A stretch of DNA of 64,000 bases, from the sequence record NZ_AP023324.1. One strand, written 5' to 3'. Under the pieces are notes generated by a model. The model saw nothing but the letters and a program-made list of their open reading frames with translations. It searched no databases and was not told where the DNA came from. The position numbers were made by a program, and so were the translations under genes. Of this stretch, positions 56,116 to 64,000 are shown piece by piece. Within the stretch, counting starts at the first letter, position 1. Each line of letters begins with the position of its first letter. The DNA is from a plasmid.

Positions 56116-57369
56116 GTGATAATGGCGAATAGTCAATCTGCCCTATCGGCTAAGGTCCGGCGCTCCCAGCGAGTATGGCGATCGCCCCAAGAATGGGTTG
56201 TACGGGGGCTGGCTGCTGCGGTGACTGCCGGACTTGGCTATTATTGCGTGATCTTTTCCGTTGCTCAAGTTACTGTTCGCGGTAACCCGGCATCGGCATA
56301 TAGGATGGTTCCTAATAGCGGAGCCATCGCGGGTGATTATGCTGCTGGGTTAATGCGTGAAAATCCCTCACTTGCTAACGTACTAGCCCGGCGTGCTCTA
56401 ATGCATGATCCGACAGCAATCGGCGCGATCGTTACTTTAGGCATAAATGCTCAGTTACATGGTGATGTCGGTGCTGCACGGCGTTTGTTCGCCTATGGCC
56501 AACGCCTATCACGTCGCGACAACTCGACACAATTATGGGCGATCGAAGATGCGGTCGCTCGCAATGACATACCTGACGTGCTGCGTCATTACGACGTCGC
56601 ATTACGTACCTCTCCGAATTTGGCAGACATTTTGTATCCGGTACTGGCATCGGCGAGTGCCGACCCTGCGATCCGTTCGGCCCTGATCCGCACGCTTATT
56701 GCCAGGCCTCCATGGGGAGACGGCTTCCTTATATACATGTCGGGTAAAGGGCCTGACCCAGAAGCTAGTGCGCGCTTCCTACAGGGAATGGCGCAAGCTA
56801 AATTGCCTGTACCGGCCGAGGCCATAGCTAATACGGTCAATGCTTTGTTAGCCATTGGACATGGCGATGACGCGTGGGCTGTGTATCAGATGTGGCATCC
56901 GAAGGCGGATCGCCGTTATTCTCGCGATCCTCGCTTTACAGGTAGTCGCCAGGCTCTATCAGTCCTAGACTGGATTCCTATAGACGGTGACGGGCTAACT
57001 GCATCGATCCAGGCGGGGCAGCGCGGCGGAATTTTAGATTTTGTGGCTTCATCCAGCGCCTCCGGTCCTGTTGCCCGGCAGATCCAGTTGCTACCGGCGG
57101 GTACCTATCGTTTGACGGGACACAGCACAGGACCAGCGCAGGCACAAGATGCTCAACCCTATTGGACAATCCGGTGCCAAAATAATCTAGAGATAGCACG
57201 AGTATCGCTTGCAAATGTCGATGGCGATGCTGGTAGTCATCAAGAAGTGATATTCAAGGTGCCTGCCGGATGCCCGTTGCAGATCACGGAATTAGTCGTT
57301 CGTCCGTCCGACAACGCTGCTGGGTCGAACGGACAAATTGATTATCTTAAAGTAGAGCCAATTCGATGA
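56116..57369 (+). CDS. Hypothetical single-pass membrane protein (helical N-domain, beta-rich C-domain) directly downstream of wzc
   Basis: 417 aa with TM ...LAAAVTAGLGYYCVIFSVAQV. There is no recognisable catalytic text. It starts 4 nt after the wzc stop. Confidence 0.4.
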   Translation: MIMANSQSALSAKVRRSQRVWRSPQEWVVRGLAAAVTAGLGYYCVIFSVAQVTVRGNPASAYRMVPNSGAIAGDYAAGLMRENPSLANVLARRALMHDPTAIGAIVTLGINAQLHGDVGAARRLFAYGQRLSRRDNSTQLWAIEDAVARNDIPDVLRHYDVALRTSPNLADILYPVLASASADPAIRSALIRTLIARPPWGDGFLIYMSGKGPDPEASARFLQGMAQAKLPVPAEAIANTVNALLAIGHGDDAWAVYQMWHPKADRRYSRDPRFTGSRQALSVLDWIPIDGDGLTASIQAGQRGGILDFVASSSASGPVARQIQLLPAGTYRLTGHSTGPAQAQDAQPYWTIRCQNNLEIARVSLANVDGDAGSHQEVIFKVPAGCPLQITELVVRPSDNAAGSNGQIDYLKVEPIR

Positions 57370-57797
57370 TACGGCCATTATCTTTGGCAATAATATGGGT
57401 CGTGGCTCTATTCACTGGCGTAGGCTGGGCAAATACCTCTGTAGCGCAACAGGGCACATCGATACGATCTCATTCTGAAAGAGGAGCGAGAGAGGGGAGC
57501 GAAGCCTCAGGATCGTTTTCACAATCAAACTCGCAAATTGCCCTGCCTACTAGGCCAGCGTCTGCCGGACATGTTGCGAGATCCACTGTTGGGGAAGTCG
57601 GTCATCGCGTAAACCGCGAAGATAGCTTTTTGCAATCCCAACCTTTGGCACGTATTGATAGTCGTATTCGTAACAGGGTTCAGTCGCGATTGAGGACACG
57701 AATTGATCGGATATATGATCCTCAAGAAACCTCCACATCGGCTTTCAATACAGCGGCAAACCAAGCGCGCATTGCCGTAGGTAAAATTCCAAGGTAA
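57366..57797 (+). CDS. Hypothetical secreted protein (signal peptide), translationally coupled to the upstream gene
   Basis: MIRPLSLAIIWVVALFTGVGWANTSVAQ... It is low-complexity Ser/Arg-rich. ATGA overlap with the previous stop. Confidence 0.35.
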   Translation: MIRPLSLAIIWVVALFTGVGWANTSVAQQGTSIRSHSERGAREGSEASGSFSQSNSQIALPTRPASAGHVARSTVGEVGHRVNREDSFLQSQPLARIDSRIRNRVQSRLRTRIDRIYDPQETSTSAFNTAANQARIAVGKIPR

Positions 57798-58284
57798 AGT
57801 ATTTGCAAAATCTAAGTTACAATTCAACATAAATGGCGCTGTTACTGTGATAAAAATTATTTTATAATGCGCTGTACGTCTAATCTTACGCAGGTACGTT
57901 AATTCTAAGCGGTAGACCTGCAGACATCGGCATTGACTACGGATAACGTAAGAATAAAATAGGGCGTAGGATAAGGGGCGGCCACGGTTACTCCCTCATC
58001 GCATAAGTTTTTACTTAAAAGCACGCTATTGTTAAAATAGGCACGGGCAAGAGGCCTTGCCTGATCGATCTACGTGCATTTGTCGCGGTGCCAATGGTAC
58101 AAAAGACATTTTTTCATTTGGTTATGTACAAGCAAGCCCTTTCCGCTGCGACTATCTGATAATGTCTTTTATCAAATTAATGACGTATATGCTTGTATGT
58201 AATAAGGGCCGGGCTGAGGCAGATGGTGGTCGTTTTCTGACCAACAAAGCCAACGTGCCTGATAATCGTCTATTAGGTCGGCCA

Positions 58285-59961
58285 TCACATTTGATCGTAC
58301 CGGTTGATGTCATCAGCGCGGCGTTGAATACGTCGAATGTCACTCAGCCGGGCGGCAGCCGCCCGCCTCGGAGCTGATTTCGTAAGCAAGCTTTCCGCAC
58401 TCCGCGTCAAAGCTTCCCACTCCTCAACCGCCAGACCGGTATGACGATCCTTCGTGCCCGCGGCCTCGAGCACGGCGCGCAGATGGCGGGTGATGACGGG
58501 GCGGAAGCGGATCTCTTGGAACCCATCCACGCCAGCGTGATAGGTGCCCGCAATCCGCCGCCACCCTTTGTCCCAATATTCCAGATGCCAGGCCGCTGGC
58601 GGGGCAATGCCCTCGTCCGAGCCGGCGGGGTGGTCGGCGAAGAAGCGGATGCGGCTGGCATTCAGGGTGACGGGGTGGGGCCAGCGATATTCGATCCAGG
58701 CGGTGGCGGGGTTCTGCCTGGTCCAGTTGCTCCACATGTCGGGCGGTAGCGGGTTCGCGCGCACCACGCCGTCGTTCAGCGCGGCGAGCCAATATTGCAC
58801 CGGCACCGGCGCGTTGGAGGCGGTGGCCGAGGCGCTCGGGGCGACATTGCGCGTGGGGCGTGGCGGTGGACCGGGGGCTTTGGTCGGCTGTACCGGGCGG
58901 ATGGCGGCGGGGGAGACGCTGTCGTCCCATGTCATCGGATCGAGCGCGACCGAGCGGCGGAAATGGCCGCCGCCTTTCGCGTCCGCCGTATGATAGGCGA
59001 GGTACCAGCGCCCCTTGAATTCGATCGCGCCGGCATGGGAGGTGGTGGAGGAGACGGGGCGCAGGATCACACCGCGATAGGTCCGGGGACCCATGGGTGA
59101 TGGGGCCGAGGCATAGGCGGCACGCATGGTAGAGGGTCGGGGTGCAGGGGCTGTCGGGGCCGGCATTGTTCGCGGCGTAGAGCAGATAATAGGTGCCGCG
59201 CCGTTTCATCAGCCAGGGCGCTTCGAAGAAACCGGTCGCGCCGGTGACGATATGTTCGGGCCCTTTGGGGGTGACCATGTCCGCCGCCAGTTCCATCGCA
59301 CGCAGCCGGCCGAACGTGCCCCAATAGATATAGATGCGGCCGTCATCGTCGATCAGGACGGTGGGATCGATATTCTGGATGTCGTTGGCGACCGGCGTCT
59401 CCTGCGAGATGATCGGGCCGGTGGGATGCGCATCGCGCCGGGGCCGGTCGGCCGATCGGCGACCGCGACGCCGATCGCGAAGCGGTCCTTGGCCTAGCTC
59501 TGGCTCTCGCGCTGCAGGACCGGGGCATAGAGATAGAAGCGGCCGTCGCGCCCCTTCACCATCTGCCCGGCATAGGCGCGGCCCGGCTCGGCCAGGGCGA
59601 AGACGGTCTCGGGCCGGGCGATGGCAGGATGGTGCTGCCATCGCCCGCTGGTGGGATCGTTGGTCGACAGCAGCTGCCACTCGTTCATGATGAAGTCGTT
59701 GACGCCGTCCGGGGCTTCGTCGCGACCCGCCAAGATCCAGAGCGTATCGCCATCGACCAGTGGCGCGGGGTCGGTCGAATAGAAGCGACCATCGCGAAGG
59801 ATCGGATTGCCACGGCTATGGATTGTCTCGGGCGACGGCGTCGCGGCACCGGCGAGCAGGATCAGCAAGGGCAGGATCGCATGACGCCCCCTCCTGCCGC
59901 GACGGGTCGGCGAGTGGAGTGGAGCGTCATCAGGGATTGTCATAGCGGCATGATATCGCAA
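58285..59961 (-). CDS. Glycoside hydrolase family 43-like enzyme with a C-terminal beta-sandwich (CBM-like) domain; at least 2 frame breaks
   Basis: Signal peptide ...HAILPLLILLAGAATPS. GH43 N-terminal text NPILRDGRFYSTDPAPLVDGDTLWILAGRDEA. Then ...GRIYIYWGTFGRLRAMELAADM...GFFEAPWLMKRRGTYYLLYAANNAG. Confidence 0.7.
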
Positions 59962-60670
59962 TCACGCCACTATGAAAGACAATAGTATACAATCTTGATA
60001 CTATGTAGACATGTCGATCAATCGACAGGTCTACGGAAAAAAAGCCTTGATCGTCAGGGATTTCGGCACTTGCGTCCTTCCCAGTATCCCCGTTCAGCAC
60101 CCAGCGATCACCCTCGCGCGTGGCGGCCTGCTCGGCGCTATGCACCTCGTCCAGCTGGCGGGTGAGGAAGGGGAAGGCGGCACGGATGTCGGCGCGCTGG
60201 GTCCAGGCGGGGGGCTGGACGATGCGATAGTCGTAACGCAGCACCTCGCCCTTGACCGCCGGACCGGTCGCGGCGCCGACATCGCGGGCCTCGGGGCGGA
60301 CCGCGACCACCTGTTTGCGGCCGTAGCAGAGCAGAGGCTCGGCCGGGCTGCCGGGGTCCAAGCGACGCAGCCACAGATCGCGCTTGCCCGCTTCGGTCGG
60401 CTCGATCCGGACGCGCGGACGATCGCCGGTGTCGGGCAAGGCCACGCGGCGGACCAGTCCGGCCGCGACCAGCGCGTCGACCTTGGGGCCGCTCAGCGCA
60501 TCGGCGCTGAATTCGATCGGCCATGTACCCGACAGCAGCGGTGCGCATTGCCGCTGCCCCTCCACCTGCGCGCGGATCTGGGCAAGCGCCTCGCCGCTGG
60601 GCTGGGGCTGGCTCGCACCTTCGCTGCACGCGGCGAGCAGCGCCAGCCCGGCGACCAGCGCGCGGGTCAC
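59930..60670 (-). CDS. Hypothetical lipoprotein
   Basis: MTRALVAGLALLAACSEG lipobox. The 3' end reads through an AT-rich segment containing a palindromic motif copy, so the stop is uncertain. Confidence 0.4.
   Translation of the reverse strand: MTRALVAGLALLAACSEGASQPQPSGEALAQIRAQVEGQRQCAPLLSGTWPIEFSADALSGPKVDALVAAGLVRRVALPDTGDRPRVRIEPTEAGKRDLWLRRLDPGSPAEPLLCYGRKQVVAVRPEARDVGAATGPAVKGEVLRYDYRIVQPPAWTQRADIRAAFPFLTRQLDEVHSAEQAATREGDRWVLNGDTGKDASAEIPDDQGFFSVDLSIDRHVYIVSRLYTIVFHSGVIAISCRYDNP
60006..60033. repeat. Motif copy i: TAGACATGTCGATCAATCGACAGGTCTA (inverted pair, AT-rich junction between the lipoprotein and GH43 genes)
   Basis: Read directly from the sequence. Confidence 0.6.
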
Positions 60671-61694
60671 GTCCGCAACCCCAGCGGCGCCAGCGGTTGC
60701 GTCATATCGGAGAGCCAGGTCAGGGTCCGCTCGGCGCGGCGACCTCCTTCAGCCGGGCCTGGCCGACATCGCTTTTGCCGAACCAGCCGCCGGGGGCGTA
60801 AAAGGCGTTGCCGCGCACATGCTTGTGCACCTTGTCGATCTGATCCTCGACATCGCCGCCCGGGCGGGTGACGCCGACCCATTGCACGGGGCCGCGTGAC
60901 GGATCGGTATTGCCGCGCGGATAGTCGCGCGAACTGGGCAGCGCATCGATCGGCTTGCTGGTCAGGCTGTGCATATTGCCCGGAATGGTCTGGGTCACCA
61001 GCTCGTCGGAATCGAGCACCCACACCATATAGAAGCCGAGTTCGATCTTGGGCGCCAGCCGGGCGGGATCGATCTTGCCCTTCGGCTTGTTGGCGATCGG
61101 CGCGGCGCGCAAGCTATCATAGGCGCGCGCCTTGTCACGCTCGCTCAGCGAGCGGCTGCGTTCGATCGCGTCGGCCGCCTCGAACGCCAGCAGCTTGTGA
61201 TTGATCAGCCAGGAATTGAGCTGCTTGTCGCGGTTGAGCGGGTCGGTGGCCAGCAGGTCGCGGCTGTTGCTCATCGCCTTGACGATCGAGTCCTTGATCA
61301 CCTTGCCCGTCTCGTCCTTGACGATGTCGAGCGCCTTGCCGATCGCGAAGGTGGCGGTCGCATTGGCGGCCACCGCATTATAGACGTTCAGCGCACGGGT
61401 GGTGCTGCGCCCCGCCAGCAGGCGCAGCGCGCCGCGATTGGCCAGCACCCGCAGCGAAGAGGTGGCGGCGGTCGCCATCAGAATCGATCCCGGCAGGATC
61501 GCCGCGGCGGTCACGAACAGCTCGGCGCGCGCCTTGTCGCTGTCATTCTGCTTCTTGAAGGTGTCGTTGTAGCTTTTGTACGCCGTATTATAGGCGATGA
61601 TATAGGGGTTGCAGACATTGGCCTGCCACGCATCCACCGCATCGCTCACCTGGTTGCGATAGCTTTGTAGTCGATCCGGCATTGTGCCCTCCAT
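60667..61694 (-). CDS. Hypothetical cytoplasmic protein (about 340 aa, one frame break near 60730), no recognisable family
   Basis: MEGTMPDRLQSYRNQVSDAVDAWQANVCNPYIIAYNTAYKSYNDTFKKQNDSDKARAELFVTAAAIL...HKHVRGNAFYAPGGWFGKSDVGQ... Confidence 0.4.
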
Positions 61695-61815
61695 CGGTCG
61701 TCCGGGGGATGGGCCGCGCCATCGGGACGGTGGTCGAAAGTTGCTCAGTGCGAACGTGGGAGGGACCCTAGGGGGCAATATCGTGGGTCGACAAGGGGGT
61801 AGCCGCTTCGCCTGG

Positions 61816-63358
61816 TTAAGTCGGGCTGTCCAAATCGGCGCGCGACGGACAGTGCACGGGCGTCGTGCCCGGCCCCGGACGATAGACCAGCCGCATCCGG
61901 TGCGGCCCCGTCGGCACGCAGGCGGCCAGGTGATAGTCGCGCGCCAATACGCCGCGCAGCACCGCGCGGGTGGCGGCATTGCCAAAGGCAAAGCGCGGAT
62001 AATCGTCGACGATCGCGCCAGGCCGCTGGGCGAGGATGCGGCGGATCTCGACAACGGGATCGGTGCCGATCGCGGCTGCGCTCGCCTCATCGCGGGTATT
62101 GAGATGGCCGGGAAAGACCCAGCGTGACGGCAGGCAGCTATGGGTCAGCATATAGAGCGCTGGATAGCCGTCATAGACATAGAGGCAGCCGCTGGCCGGT
62201 GTCGCCGCGCGCGCGACCGCCATCGCCTCGGCCGCACCGCCCTTGGTACGTTCGCTCAAGAAAAGCACGATCTGCCCGGCCAATGCGATCGCGAGGACGA
62301 AGGTGATGATCCATGTCCGCCGCCAGCGGTCGAATACGGGCGCCGCGACGATCACGGCGGGCAGGACGATCGGCATGGCATAATGCGGGCTGCCGAACCG
62401 GCCATAGAGCAGCACCGCCGCGACCGTCACCGCCAGCCAGATCAGCAGCACGCCGAAGCCGCCCCGTGCCTCGCCCGGTACGCGACGCCAGGGCCGGCCG
62501 ACCGCGATCACCAGCGCCAGCGGCGACAGGATGCCGAAACAGGCCGCCAGCCCTTCCAACTCATCGGCCAGCGGCCGCGCCGCCTGTCCGCCGACGGACA
62601 GGAAATTGCCGAACAGCCAGGGCGGGGCCATGCCCCATCGTGGCATAGACGCCGTAAGCGACCAGCGTCGGCAGCAGCGCCAGCGCGATCCACCCCAGCG
62701 CCATGCCGGCCAATCGCGCCATCGGCACCCGCGTGCGCCACCCGTGCCAGAGCAGGATACAGCCAAAGGCCACCCCTTCGGGCAGCACCGAATATTTGAT
62801 CTGGAGCGCGATCCCGATCGCCGCCATCGCGACCGCGCCCTGAACGCACAGCCGCCCCGCCCTGGACCGCGCGCAATACCGCGCCCGCCGCCACCAGCAT
62901 CAGCGCATTGTAGAAGACGGGGACTGACCCCCTTCCCCTCCATCAGGTTCAGCCAGAGGATATAGAGGATCGCCGCCACGATCGCGCCGACCGAGCCCGC
63001 GAACCGCCGTGCCACCCGGTGCACGCCATAAGCGGTAGCGATGACGAAACCGGTCGCGACCAGCTTATAGGCCAGAACCCGTCGCCCCGAGCGACCGCGC
63101 ACCGGCATAGAGCAGGAACAGCCCGATCGGCTTGCGGTCGAAAATGTCGACATAGGGCAGCGCGCCGTGCAGCACCCGGTCGCCGACCAGCAGATAGAAT
63201 TGCTCGTCGAACCCGATTACCGGATTGCCGAAGGTCCGCGCGCGGGCGACCAGCGCGACCAGCGTCAGGAGCAGCAGCACGGTCCCCTGCCCGCCCCAGC
63301 CCTGCCCGTTCCGGCTGCGCCGCGCCGTCCATCCCCGCTGACCCTGCCCGTCCTTCAT
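61816..63358 (-). CDS. ArnT/GT39-like (GT-C fold) polytopic glycosyltransferase, frame-disrupted
   Basis: N-terminal text ...FGNPVIGFDEQFYLLVGDRVLHGALPYVDIFDRKPIGLFLLYAGA is followed by many TM helices. Confidence 0.55.
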
Positions 63359-63541
63359 ACGACCAGCGGGTGGGTCGCTTTGCGCGCGAAGGCAAGCGGC
63401 AATGCGTCGGGGCCGCGATGACAGTCCCTTATGACGCCTGTGTCATGGGGGGCTGTCTATGGACGGGGCGGTCATGCTATCCGGGCGACCTATGAGCGGG
63501 ATCATGGGCCATATCGATAAGGATCGGGGCGGGCGGATGAC

Positions 63542-64000
63542 GTGCGCGTCCTGACCTTCCTGCACAGTTTCGAACCGGGTGGGGTGGAGCGGATCGCGCT
63601 GCGCCTCGTCCATCGCTGGCGCGCGACCGGCGTCGATGCGCCGCTGTTCCTGGGGCGGACCGATGGCGCGATGGCGCGAGATGTCGGCGCCGACCTCGAC
63701 TTCGTGACGCCGCGACGTCGCTGGCCGGGCATCGTGCATTGGGAAACGCTGTGGATGGTTGCCACGCTGCCGCGCGCGGTGCGGACGATCCGGCCGGACG
63801 TGCTGTTCTGCGCGGGCAATACCTATGCCTTTGTCGCGGTGATGCTGAAGCTGATCCTGGGTCGCGATTGCCCGCCGATCATCGCCAAGATCAGCAACAA
63901 TCTCGATCGCACCGACGCGTCTGGGTCTACCGTGTCTTCTACCGCCTCTGGCTGCGTATCCAGGGGCTGGCGATCGACCATTTCGTCGGCATGGAAAAGC
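63542..64000 (+). CDS. GT4-family glycosyltransferase, N-terminal part (runs off the window end; GTG start)
   Basis: VRVLTFLHSFEPGGVERIALRLVHRWRATGVDAPLFLGR...VLFCAGNTYAFVAVMLKLIL. This ORF is not in the supplied ORF track. Confidence 0.45.
   Translation, partial: MRVLTFLHSFEPGGVERIALRLVHRWRATGVDAPLFLGRTDGAMARDVGADLDFVTPRRRWPGIVHWETLWMVATLPRAVRTIRPDVLFCAGNTYAFVAVMLKLILGRDCPPIIAKISNNLDRTDASGSTVSSTASGCVSRGWRSTISSAWKS

Noticed and set aside
58345-58372. GC hairpin GGGCGGC...GCCGCCC that looked like a terminator
   Set aside because: It lies inside the C-terminal coding region of the GH43 gene (minus strand) and has no U-tract in either orientation.
1-64000. Search for rRNA and tRNA genes (expected next to an integrase)
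   Set aside because: No stretch with tRNA-like cloverleaf features or rRNA conservation was recognised by eye. The recombinase is flanked by motif copies rather than a tRNA. Absence is not proven without a tRNAscan-type search.

Overview
This is a high-GC (roughly 65-70% by eye) 64-kb window whose gene families suggest an alphaproteobacterial, Sphingomonadaceae-like replicon; that assignment is inference from the families seen, not a search result.

Layout from left to right:
- 1-2.7 kb: a TonB-dependent receptor, partial at the window edge.
- 2.9-8.5 kb: an orphan T6SS-type effector cassette on the minus strand. It comprises a DUF1795/Eag-like chaperone, a TMD-PAAR-Rhs protein with a C-terminal HNH (EHHH-like) nuclease tip, and a conspicuously AT-rich putative immunity gene.
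- 8.8-16.2 kb: one giant autotransporter of about 2,470 aa with a degenerate TNSGTI/TNAGTI-repeat passenger.
- 16.4-25.8 kb: a RES/Xre (DUF2384) toxin-antitoxin pair, then AraC, MFS, ABC1/UbiB kinase, phosphoribosyltransferase, MerR, mannose-1-phosphate guanylyltransferase and a glutaredoxin-MauE fusion.
- 25.9-30.7 kb: a plasmid-like maintenance block made of a tyrosine recombinase, an RPA-family RepA bracketed by 22-bp iterons, and ParA plus a small RHH partner.
- 30.8-31.8 kb: an IS630-family IS with about 22-bp inverted repeats.
- 32-57.8 kb: a Wzx/Wzy-dependent exopolysaccharide locus with GT4 glycosyltransferases, an acyltransferase, a WbaP-like priming transferase, Wzx, a GumK-like glucuronosyltransferase, AT-rich Wzy/O-antigen-ligase-like genes, Wza and a Wzc BY-kinase with a C-terminal Tyr cluster.
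- 34224-42052: a 7.8-kb Tn3-family transposon sitting inside the exopolysaccharide locus. Its imperfect terminal inverted repeats and a perfect 5-bp target duplication (ATCCT) are directly visible, and it splits the acyltransferase gene. It carries TnpA, two serine recombinases, a TniA/TniB pair and a secreted tandem NTF2-like protein.
- 58.3-64 kb: a GH43 hydrolase, a lipoprotein, a hypothetical protein, an ArnT/GT39-like transferase and a partial GT4.

Two cross-cutting observations:
- A family of palindromic TTGTCGACATGT / CGAC(G/A)(T/C)GTCG motifs (9 copies, almost all intergenic) is concentrated in the 22-30.5 kb block, flanking the recombinase and parA. This is the most unexplained signal in the window and a candidate for an undescribed operator, centromere or recombination-site system.
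- Nearly every gene shows one or more reading-frame breaks, several located at G/C homopolymers. This is most parsimoniously indel sequencing error, so the pseudogene calls here are weak.

No rRNA, tRNA or CRISPR array was recognised.
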